Source: Octopus sinensis (lineage: Eukaryota). From it: 64,000 bases of DNA. Both the position numbers and the translations under genes were made by a program. Location of the stretch: the NCBI RefSeq assembly GCF_006345805.1, contig NC_042998.1, forward strand, positions 148,366,001-148,430,000, given 5' to 3'. Position 1 is the first letter of the stretch. Every line of letters begins with the position of its first letter. The notes below the pieces were generated by a model. The model searched no databases and was not told where the DNA came from. It saw only the letters and a list, made by a program, of their open reading frames with translations. Below are positions 53,201 to 64,000 of the stretch, one piece after another.

Positions 53201-53651
53201 CATATTATGTGTGTGTATGTGTGTGTGTGATGTACAAAGTATAGACGTTTTCTTAATGCAGTCTCAATTAAAGATGGGATAACTATGTTGCAAGGATCAA
53301 TGATGAAAGACCACCGAAAATTCTAATTTTTGGTCAACTTCAGATTCAAGGATGAGCATATTGGGATAGAAATATCAGAATTTAAGGAATGTGCTGCTGA
53401 CAGTTACAGGTAGAGGAAAATCTGTGAAAATGTAATATGGAAACATATCAATGCAAGGTCTAAACATCTAAGCGATTTAAGGCAAGCTCAAATAAATGCA
53501 GTCTCCTTCCAACGTTTGTGTGGGAAGGATGCGCTCTGGTTTGCAAAAACAAAGCAAGTCTAGTGTACCGCAGTAGATACAAACGCTAAAATATGGAGTA
53601 AAGAAACAAAGTAAAATTCTTTGACCTCATGTATTTCATATGACGAGAGAG

Positions 53652-53890
<239 letters not shown>

Positions 53891-53969
53891 ACACACATAC
53901 ACACACATTTACACGCACACAAACATGCGCACACACACACGTACATGCATTTATATCTGTAATCACCAG

Positions 53970-54102
53970 AAGTTACAAAGTGACTCAAGGGGTCAAGACT
54001 TCAATTTGTCTTCTTTTGAATCGGAATTGCTTACGCAATGTTTCGCCAGAGTGCCGGCTATAAATTTATGGACATTTAAAATTGTTGTTGATTATCCCTC
54101 AG
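53970..54102 (+). CDS. Candidate exon, + strand
   Basis: Acceptor tcaccag and strong donor CAG/gtaagg; one open frame [44 protein letters not shown]. No recognised homology. Confidence 0.3.
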
Positions 54103-54717
54103 GTAAGGACTGAACACCTATGCACAACAAAACACCTATGCACAAATATATTCCAGATATAGCAGATCCCTCTTTTATTCAGGCATACACCATATGTCTT
54201 CCTATTGCTTTTAAATCGAATATGGATGCTATTTCTAGCAGGTCACTGACTCGTCCAAAATATTAGTGTTGGCCTGTTTGCTCTTTCTGTATGTATTTTT
54301 GATAGAACTGGCTCCCATGTATACAAAAATCGTTCATATGTACCTACACACATGTGGATATATTTATGCACATGTGTGTTTTGTGTTACATGTGTGAGCA
54401 AACAGAAACCAAAGATGAAATACGACGATACATGATGTTCGTACTGTAGCATGGTACAATTTCAGCAACTCCTCTCATCTACTCATGCTAGTCCCTTTGC
54501 TCTGGCTCGTCTTTTTCATCTCCTGATATTTTCATGTTTCTGCAACTTTAAACTCATCTTTCTCTTTCTCCTCCTCTGTACACCCTGTAAAATCCAATCA
54601 TTTTGACAGAAAAAAACCATTCTTCAAATCATACTCCTACACAGAATACACACATTCAGACACACATACACTCTCTCTCACACGCACACACAAACATATA
54701 TACGCGTCGTGTATGTA

Positions 54718-54769
<52 letters not shown>

Positions 54770-54771
54770 TG

Positions 54772-54811
<40 letters not shown>

Positions 54812-55138
54812 CATATATATATGAACACGCATACATGCATATATATCAGCACAAACACATATACACATATACACGTACACACATATAACACATATATATA
54901 TAAACACAGAGAGAGAGAGAGAGAGAGAGTCGGGGGAGATATAGCGTAGGAGAGAGGCGCATACATTCCTCTCTCGTCTATCTTTCAATCTGTCTGTTTG
55001 GCTACCTCTGATGTGTCTTTTTCCACCCCCGCTCTCTCTCCCTCTCTCTAGATATTTACATGCACACAATATGCGTGTGCGTGTCTAGGTATGTGTGGGC
55101 ATGTGTGTGTCTATGAGTATGTATTTTATCATGCCGAC

Positions 55139-55241
55139 CTGGTAATATTTATCAAGTTCTTCGCCGCCATTGCATTGATGTCGACGTTGAGTAGTGGAAT
55201 GGCAAAACCAGCTGGCAGCCCACTCAGCCGTGACTTCTTCA
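55139..55241 (-). CDS. Candidate exon (frame ambiguous)
   Basis: GC-richer unique island; acceptor gattcag (or gtatag at 55304) and donor CAG/gtcggc. Two frames are open: EEVTAEWAASWFCHS..DKYYQ or KKSRLSGLPAGF..NIT. Confidence 0.28.
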
Positions 55242-56102
55242 CTGAATCGATATTCATCAACCGTTTATACACAACATCACATATAGTCAATAGTAAAATC
55301 ATAGCTATACAGACACACACACATATATACACACAGGGATATATATACACATACAGATATGCATGTATATGCTGACATACAGCCTACTTCTGTGTAAGGT
55401 GTCTTGTTTTTCATATATGCGTGCATGTGTGCCTGCATGTATATGTGTATGCACACGTGCATATATGTGGATGTATGCGTGTGTATGTTTATACATAGAT
55501 AGCGAAGGGGAGGGGGACTGAGAGAGGAATAGATATGAAAACATGGTGAGTGTTAAATAGACAGACACACATAGATAGACACATACATATTTATGCGCAG
55601 TTAAATTCATACACGCATACACAAACACCTACACACTCATCACCACCATTTATATATATATATAATATATATATATTATATATATATATATTATATATAT
55701 ATATATAATGTATGTATATGTATATGTGTGTGTCTTTATGCGTCCATACACACACATATGCACACATATATGTATAAACTTATGCACATGTGTATATGTG
55801 TATGTATGAGTGTGTATGTGTGTGTGTGCGCGTGTATATATATTAATAACTTCTCAGCATCCTCTTAACCGGAAGCAAGCATGTCTTGCTGACGTGAAGA
55901 GCTGAATTGCCATGGCAATGCATGGGATTTAGAAATATGGACATCCCCAAGCTATTCGCTTCTCCATTCGTCCGTTTGACCATTAGTTCGTGAGTTTGAC
56001 CCTAAGAGCGTACCATTAGACAAGAGGAAATGTCTGCCGAAAGAGAAATGATTCGACCCTTTCATTATCAAAAAGGACATAAATAGAAAGGAAGTATTGC
56101 TG

Positions 56103-56103
56103 T

Positions 56104-56153
<50 letters not shown>

Positions 56154-56230
56154 GTGGTGATGATGATGATGATGATGATGATGACGATGTTGATGATGAT
56201 GACGATGTTGATGATGATGACAATGACGAT

Positions 56231-56263
<33 letters not shown>

Positions 56264-56270
56264 GTGGTTT
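56103..56270. repeat. (GAT)n/(TAT)n compound microsatellite
   Basis: Direct array; source of the spurious poly-His ORF. Confidence 0.95.
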
Positions 56271-56439
56271 TTGTTCTTGACAGAGGTAGTAGTACTTATA
56301 GAGGTGGAGTCGGATGTAGTAGTTTTCACGGTTACAATAATGACAGTAGATATAGCCGTTGTTTTGGATGATGGTGCTGTTAACGTTGGTTATATTAATT
56401 AACGTTGTAATTAATATAACGTTGGTTATATTAATTATT

Positions 56440-56690
56440 GTGGAGGCGCGTGGCTTAGTGGTTAGGGTGTCAGCATCATGATCGTAAGATTGTGATTTCG
56501 TTTCCTGGAACGGGCGACGCGTTGTGTTCTTGTACAAAACACTTCATTTCACGTTGCTCCAGTCCACTCAACTAGCAAAAATGAGTAACGCTGCGATGGA
56601 CTGGCGTCCCGTCCAGCTGGGGAACATATACGCCATTGAAACCAGGAAATCAGGCCCATGAGCCTGGCTAGGCTTTAAAAGGGCGCATTT
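56440..56690 (+). mobile_element. tRNA-derived SINE with CORE-like central domain
   Basis: Head gtggaggcgcgtggcttagtggttagg; centre cacttcatttcacgttgctccagtccactcaac..aaatgagta; tail gcgatggactggcgtcccgtccag. Confidence 0.8.
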
Positions 56691-56695
56691 ATTTT

Positions 56696-57012
56696 GTGGA
56701 GGCGCAATGGCCCAGTGGTTAGGGTAGCGGATTCGCGGTCGGAGGATCGCGGTTTCTATTCCTAGACCGGTGTTGTGTGTGTTTATTGAGCGAAAACACC
56801 TAAAAGCTCCTCGAGGCTCAGGCGGGGTAGGGTGGGGGGTCGACCCCTGTTGTACTCTTTTGCCACAACTTTCTCTCGCTCTTTCTTCCTGTTTCCTGTG
56901 TAACGCTGCGATGGACTGCCGTCCCGTCCAGTTGGGGGTGGGGGAACACATACGCCACAGAAACCTGGAAAAGGGCCCATGAGCCTGGCTAGGCTTGAAT
57001 AGAGCAACGTTT
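56696..57012 (+). mobile_element. tRNA-derived SINE immediately 3' of the previous one, sharing its tail
   Basis: Head and body as in the 10801-11103 copy; tail gtaacgctgcgatggactgccgtcccgtccag..gggcccatgagcctggctaggctt as in the 56440 copy. Confidence 0.85.
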
Positions 57013-57299
57013 ATCGTTTTTTATATGAATTATTATTGTAGTTAGAATTAAGGCAAGATGTTATGTTGGTGTTAGTTGTGGTGGTAATGGCGGTTATGAT
57101 GGTGGTGTTACTATTAATTATGGTAGTGAGTGTAGTATCACAGGCGATAGGAAGTCATGATAACGATTGTAGCTATAGTGGAGATAATGGTAGATGCGGT
57201 GGTTCTAGTAGTTGATGTACATAGTGATGGTGGTAGTTACATTGTTACTGTTTGTGGTATTGGTGATTGGTGTATGGTTATAGTTATGGTGATGACAAT

Positions 57300-57580
57300 A
57301 ATGCTAAGCATAAGCCGTTCACATCGCATGTACGAAGTCCCGGGTTCGATTCCGATGCGTGTCACCATGGGTAAATATAATTTTCGAGGGTCTCGATTCA
57401 AATCATACCTCGAGAGAAAAATTAAGTAGATGGAAACTGTGCAATAGCTTACGGGATGGATTGTATCTGTGTCACACTGATTGTGCATGAAGATTAAGTT
57501 AAGGGTACATGTGCCTGTGGAATGCTCAGCCACTTACAAATTAATTCAAGAGCAAATAATTGATCGAACAATGAAACATT
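57300..57580 (+). mobile_element. Probable tRNA-Ala-related SINE
   Basis: cgcatgtacgaagtcccgggttcgattcc..cacca resembles the 3' half of tRNA-Ala(CGC) with a B box; non-tRNA tail follows. Confidence 0.55.
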
Positions 57581-58505
57581 CCTGATCGGAAATTCTGACG
57601 AGATCAATTTATTACAACTGTATTTAATTTGAACACGTGGTTTGCTTCTGGTAACTTACCTTTAAAAACTAAATAAAGTTGATAAACATGCATATTTAAT
57701 TTTGAATTATTTTTTCTCTTAGTAAATACTAACCAAGTCCAGAATGTCAAATATGAGTACGGTATCTTGAGGGACATTTGGTCGCTGCATCTAGCAGGTC
57801 GAAAATCTATGTAGAAATCTCTACATGATCTTAATATTCCTGGCAGTGTTAGGGTGAATGAATCTACTTTAAGTATGCGCTACTTTTCTTTAATAGAACA
57901 GAACAAGCAGTTTTCTTCTGTCTGGTGGTTAGGGAAGAATATGTTTTGTTGTGGGAAAAGAGACTGACACTATATGCTCAAGCCCTCATACACTTTTTGA
58001 AGTTCCACTTGGAAATATGGTGAGGTGGGATAGAGAAATGTTCTCTTCAAGTAAATTTCACTAAAGATAACAAACGCGGTTTGAATGGAGGAATAGATCA
58101 GATTTCTATAGATGAGAGAATAGCAATTGAAAAGAGGGCATGTCATTTGATCTTGGATCTGTGCTGTTCATTTATTGTCCCTAATATGAGGTCTTGCTGT
58201 CTCTTGTTCCACATTGCCCCTAGTATGAAGTCCTCCTCTCTCTTGTGTCAGGATAATTGTATCATCCACGCAAACATGTATTTGTAAATTATGATAACTT
58301 ATATTTTATCCCTTCCTCCTTCTCACCTGATTTGTGAAACCCCTAAACTACATTTAACCTGTCCTTTTAATGTCTACTTCATGCAACGACACTATGGCAA
58401 ACTTAATCATGATCTTCGTCCTCTTCATCTCCCTTCTCCGTCATCTCCTCCTCCTCCTCCTCCTCATCATCATCATCAATATCTTCATCATCATCATCAT
58501 CATCA

Positions 58506-58572
<67 letters not shown>

Positions 58573-58611
58573 CATTATTATTATGTGAATGTACGAACGT
58601 TGTGGTTAGGG

Positions 58612-58938
58612 GAATTTGATTGAGGTTAATAAGGTCGTGAGTTCGATCCCCGGTGGCGCATTATATCCTCCAGCAAATTACTTTATTTCACTTTGTGGCA
58701 GTCCACTTAACTGGCAAAAATGAGTAGCAGGGCGGCGAGCTGGCAGAATCATTAGCACGCCTGGCAAAAGGCTTAGCGCATTTCGTTTATCTTTACGTTC
58801 TGAGTTCAGATGCCGCAGGGTCGTCTTTTCCTTTCATCTTTTAGAGGTCGATAAAATTCATACCAGTCGAGCCCTGTGGTCGATGTAATTGACTTAGTCC
58901 TTCCTCCGAAATTGCGGGCCATGTGCAAGAATTTGAAA
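58612..58938 (+). mobile_element. Two adjacent SINEs: CORE-like head/centre (58612-58727) and ggcggcgagctggcagaatc family (58728-58938)
   Basis: gagttcgatccccgg..cagtccacttaactggcaaaaatgagta followed by ggcggcgagctggcagaatc..atttgaaact. Confidence 0.7.
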
Positions 58939-58940
58939 CT

Positions 58941-59011
<71 letters not shown>

Positions 59012-59015
<4 letters not shown>

Positions 59016-60295
59016 TAGTTTTATTTTTATAGCGTGCTTTCACTTCACTACCGAGCGCAGCTCTGTGTGCCTTGGGTATGTGCTGTGATTTGTTGTGATG
59101 CTCTGATGATTATTGTATGGAAGTGTTCTGCGTAGGATGTGTGCAGTGCCTAGTAGTGCAATTTCTGTATGTTATATGTGTTTGTAAGTCCTGGTGTTTT
59201 TGTTATGTATTTGTCTGAATTTTTTATCATGCCTAATGCACCTACTATGATAGGAATTGTTTCTGTTTTCAGATTCCACATTCTAGTTATCTCTATTTCC
59301 AGGTCTTTGTATTTTGAGCGTTTCTCCATTTCTTTTAGAGACACGTTGGCATCAGCCGGTATTGATACATCAATTAGAAAGCAATTTTTTTCTTCATGAT
59401 CTCTGACAACTATATCTGGTCTGTTAGCCTTAATTTCTCTATCTGTGTGTATCGGCATATCCCAGAGTATGGTTGCTTTCTCGTTTTCTGTGACCTTTTC
59501 TGGTGTGTGCCTATACCATCTTTTTTCTGTTGTTATTCCATAATGTTGGCATAGCTTCCAATGTATGTAGGTTCCAACTCTGTCATGTCTGTGAATATAT
59601 TCCTTCTTAGCCAGGACTGGGCAGCTAGAGATAATATGATTCATTGTTTCTTGTCCATCTCCACATATTCTGCAGTTACTTGTATATTTCTTTTCATTAC
59701 ATGTTTTTAGTAATTTCTGGTGGGGAGGCTTTGGTCTTGTGCTGCAATTAAAAATCCCTCTGTTTCTGCTTTGAGTCCTGAGCTTCTCAACCATTGCTGG
59801 GATTTTTCTTTGTCTATTTCTTTTGCGTTTAGTTTAGTCCAGTATTTACCATGAAGGGGCTTTTCTTGCCATCGTTTTATCATGGTTCGTTGCTGTTCTA
59901 TTTTAGTTTGGATTTCATTGTTTTATAGCTTTTGTTGTTTCTTCATCTTCTTCTTCTTCTTCATGTTTATTAGGTGGTATGATTTCTTGTTTGTATTTGT
60001 CAGCTTCCTTAAATACTGAGAACAGTTTTTGTTTTGCTCGTGTTTTGCCGCTATCTGGATCAGTTTTCCTTCCTTCTGAAGTAGATATTTTTGCAGTCCT
60101 ATGGTGGTTATTTTATAGTAGTTTTCCAGCTGTATAAGGCCTCTACCACCTTCTATACGTTGTATATATAGTCTTTCTATGTCAGAATTTGGGTGATGCA
60201 TCCTAGATCCTGTCATTATTTTTCTTGTTTTCCTATCTATTTTGGTCAGTTCATTTCGTGTCCAGTTAAGGATTATTTCGTGTCCAGTTAAGGAT
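59012..60295 (-). mobile_element. R4/Dong-type LINE 3' part (CCHC, RLE, 3' UTR, TAA tail)
   Basis: CRICGDGQETMNHIISSCPVLAKKEYIHRHD..WDMPIHTDREIKANRPDIV..IDVSIP..EKRSKYKDL..IVGALG; ends in (TAA)n on the minus strand. Confidence 0.93.
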
Positions 60296-60363
60296 ATTAT
60301 TATATTATTATATATTATTATTATTATTATTATTATATTATTTTATTATTATCATCATCATTA

Positions 60364-60406
<43 letters not shown>

Positions 60407-60443
60407 GTTGTTGTTGTTGTTGTTGTTGTTATTATTATCATCA

Positions 60444-60484
<41 letters not shown>

Positions 60485-60540
60485 TTATTATTATTATTAT
60501 TATATTATTATTATTAGTAGTAGTAGTAGTAGTAGTAGTA

Positions 60541-60800
60541 TTCCTTCGTAACACTGTAGGTAAAAATGAGTATTTAGTCATCTGTCAAGTTACAACAAGG
60601 ACGCCAAACAAATAATACTTTCCTTAAGATGAGCACTGTGCCCAATAAGGCTGCTTTTTGCAAGACAACAATATCGCATGAGATTTCTAGTTGCCTTAAG
60701 AGGTCTTGAAGTTTCAATGGGATTGAGCCCAACGCTCCGAGCACCACTGGTATCACTTTTACATTACCCTTTCGCATTCCATACAGTCTTGTCATTTCCA
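60541..60800 (-). mobile_element. R4/Dong-like 3' end, second subfamily
   Basis: MTRLYGMRK..VIPVVLGALG..LQKAALLGTVLILRKVL; flanked by trinucleotide arrays. Confidence 0.8.
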
Positions 60801-60836
60801 TTGCTACTGCTGCTGCTGCTGCTGCTGCTGCTACTA

Positions 60837-60886
<50 letters not shown>

Positions 60887-60967
60887 TCGACATAAAATAT
60901 TGTTCAGTTGATAACAATGGCAGTCTTCTTTATTTGCTTCTATTATTATTATTTTATTATTATTATT

Positions 60968-61006
<39 letters not shown>

Positions 61007-61010
61007 TTAT

Positions 61011-61316
61011 TGTGATACTTTGATGGTTACTGTATTGAAAGTGTTCTGCGTAGGATGTGTGCAGTGCCTAGTAGTGTAATTTTCTGTATGTTATATGTGT
61101 TTGTAAGTCCTGGTGCTTTTGTTATGTATTTGTCTGAATATTTTTTTATCATGCCTAGTGCACCTACTATGATAGGAATTGTTTCGGTTTTTAGATTCCA
61201 CATTCTAGTTACCTCTATTTCCAGGTCTTCGTATTTTGAAAGTTTCTCCATTTCTTTTAGAGACACGTTGGCATCTGCTGGTATTGATACATCAATTAGA
61301 AAGCATTTTTTCTTCT

Positions 61317-61318
<2 letters not shown>
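61011..61318 (-). mobile_element. R4/Dong 3' fragment closely related to the 59012 copy
   Basis: KKCFLIDVSIPADANVSLKEMEKLSKYEDL..QKITLLGTAHILRRTLSIQ; (TAT)n on both sides. Confidence 0.9.
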
Positions 61319-61368
<50 letters not shown>

Positions 61369-61427
61369 CATCATCATCATCATCATCATCCTCATCATCA
61401 TCATCATCATCATCATCATTATTATCA

Positions 61428-61476
<49 letters not shown>

Positions 61477-61590
61477 AAATAAGGTGCGTCGGACAATATT
61501 CCTTGCAAAATGTGATACAATTACGTTCCGAATTCAAATTTTGCTGAGATCAACTTTGAATTAACCCGTCACCCGCTCTGAACTCATCAC

Positions 61591-61715
61591 CTGACAATGT
61601 TAATATCTTTAGCGTCACCCACTCCGCAGCACGCTTGCTAGACAGGATTTTGGCTTGACGAACCTCTTGCCATTGTCGGAGATCCCGTAAAAGTTCATGG
61701 ACACTGATTTCTCTT
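61591..61715 (-). CDS. Candidate exon (frame ambiguous)
   Basis: Acceptor tttttatccttttgttag. Donor CAG/gtgatg gives REISVHELLRDLRQWQEVRQAKILSSKRAAEWVTLKILTLS; donor GG/gtgacg at 61619 gives EKSVSMNFYGISDNGKRFVKPKSCLASVLRS. Confidence 0.33.
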
Positions 61716-62242
61716 CTAACAAAAGGATAAAAACAAGCAGAGTCTATTTTCGCTGTGAGGCAAAAATGTGATTATTAGAGATATGATTATGACTTTACAT
61801 AATTAATATATACGCTGTGGAAATGACCCACTTAACATGCATGTCCATATTGGTTGGCTATATAAATAAATGTGATCTAACCTGACGAAGCCTGAATGTT
61901 TCATTAAGTAAGTTTTAACGTAGTCTATCAGCAATGATAATAACGTAATCGAATCCTGAAGATAGTTTTAAAGATCATTTGTCTATGCTACAAATGCAAA
62001 TTATGATTTTATAAAAACCCAATATTTGAAACGAGGCTAAAAATAAGCTTTGAAAAATATTTATAACACTATTTCCACTATTAATCCCTTACAAGCTTTG
62101 CCAGTTCAACAGATTAGTATATATGTGTATATATACATACATACATACATACATACATACATACATACATACATACATACATACATACATACATACATAC
62201 ATACATACATGCATGCATGCATACATACATACATACACACAC

Positions 62243-62310
<68 letters not shown>

Positions 62311-62621
62311 GTGTGTGTTTATAGTCAAGCTATGAAAGTCCACAACATCAATACGTTCTTCGTTTCTTCTGTGTCATACTTCTTCTGAACCCTACACAGT
62401 TTGATTGACTACAACTATATGTATGTATAACTGTTTGTGTTTGTGTGCGTGCGTGTGCGAACGTGGGCGTGTGTATGCATGTCTGTTATTTAAAAAATAT
62501 ATATATCTATACCTGTATCCTCGGATGTGTGTGCATGTGTTTATCCTCATTTATATATTTATGCACATTCACCCACACTCAGATATCTCTATTTATATAG
62601 GAATACATAATGGATATTTGT

Positions 62622-62686
<65 letters not shown>

Positions 62687-63207
62687 GCTTGAGAAATGTC
62701 TTAAAAATTGCATATATATATTTACACACAGAGAAGAAGTATATATATGTAAGTAAATATGTATGCGTATATATATATAATATATATATATGAATATGTA
62801 TATAATTTATTTTTATACATGTTTATATGTGTATGTACGTATTAGTGTAAATGTCTCTATGTATTTAAAAACGAGAGTGGATTAGACGGAAAGAAAAAAT
62901 AAACAAGAAAAAATAAAAAAGCATTCGTCGGTCGACAAATGGAGACATTTCAGCTTGATAATAGGATTATATATGTAGCTGTTGTGTGTGTATGTGTGTG
63001 TGTGAGCGTGTGTAAGCATGTGTAGTTCTTTTATACATTATAAATATATGTATGTATATATTTATATGTATATATATATATACATATATGCATATATAGG
63101 TATGTGTATGTGTGTATGTGCGAGTTGTGTTTTGTGCATATATAATTTTTGTGCGTGGATGGGCATTTGTGCATGAATAGGTAAGAAAGCATAATTACAT
63201 ACATGCA

Positions 63208-63242
<35 letters not shown>

Positions 63243-63263
63243 TATATATATAATATATATATA

Positions 63264-63315
<52 letters not shown>

Positions 63316-63618
63316 GGTTATATACACACAAATATATATACACACACACACATATATGCTATGCACATATGCGCATATAAACGCATATACATACATATGG
63401 TTATGCGTATATAAACATATATACTTACATACACATGCACACACGTCGTGCCTTTTGTATATGAACATGTGCACATACACACACTCACACACACACACAC
63501 ACATACGAATGCATTTATATCTTGCTGTCTATTTTGATATTGTGTTTGCATTTGTGTATCGATATACTTACGTATGCATATATATATATGTATGTGTGAA
63601 TGTGAGTGCGCGCGCGCA

Positions 63619-63653
<35 letters not shown>

Positions 63654-63834
63654 ATGTGCGCTCGTGTTTGTACGTGAAAGAGAATAAAGATCGAACGAGA
63701 GATTCAGGATTTCCTGACTGGCTCAATGATAAAAAGCGACGTGACTGTGTGGGGTGGTGATGGTGGGAAGGGTACGAGGGACCAGGGAATAAGCGAATTC
63801 GTCATTCATGCAGCAGCAGCAGCGGCAACAATAC

Positions 63835-63884
<50 letters not shown>
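63835..63884. repeat. (TAG)n microsatellite
   Basis: Direct array. Confidence 0.95.
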
Positions 63885-63885
<1 letters not shown>

Positions 63886-64000
63886 ACATGATATAAAATT
63901 GTGGTGGTGGTGTTGGTGTTGTTTTTGGTTTTGGTAGTTGGCGTAATAATAGTAGCAGTAATCGCCGCTGCTACCTGTTGATACGTAGGGTTGTGCGAAG

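Noticed and set aside
56016-56537. 173-aa ORF with poly-His
   Set aside because: It derives from (GAT)n/(TAT)n arrays and a SINE head.
57300-57367. Possible tRNA gene ending in CCA
   Set aside because: Only the 3' half and B box are tRNA-like; no acceptor or D-stem pairing. Treated as a SINE head.
58100-58290. Minus-strand VCVDDTII resembling an LTR-RT YxDD motif
   Set aside because: Isolated motif with no neighbouring RT blocks.

Overview
Eukaryotic, AT-rich, microsatellite-saturated non-coding DNA. The SINE types and repeat load suggest a cephalopod (octopus-like) genome; this is an inference. I recognise no intact host gene or intact transposase/RT ORF, and almost all ORF-track entries are translated microsatellites. 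The window is a retroelement landscape dominated by Penelope-like elements (PLEs) of two families. These include a 5'-truncated PLE folded into a >=1.87-kb inverted repeat at 1-5772 and a cluster of PLE pieces at 24-32 kb. Six type-I minimal hammerhead ribozyme motifs sit in PLE 3' ends; two keep an intact catalytic core and have unusually long loop II (about 41 and 102 nt). Also present: a near full-length RTE LINE nested in an R4/Dong LINE, R4/Dong fragments clustered in (TAA)n arrays, mariner and maT (DD37D) deletion derivatives, MITEs (one Kolobok-like), and many tRNA-derived SINEs. Notable small structures are an 82-bp locally templated insertion flanked by a 28-bp duplication and a perfect 69-bp-arm palindrome. 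A few short unique islands with splice signals may be exons of a large-intron host gene (low confidence).
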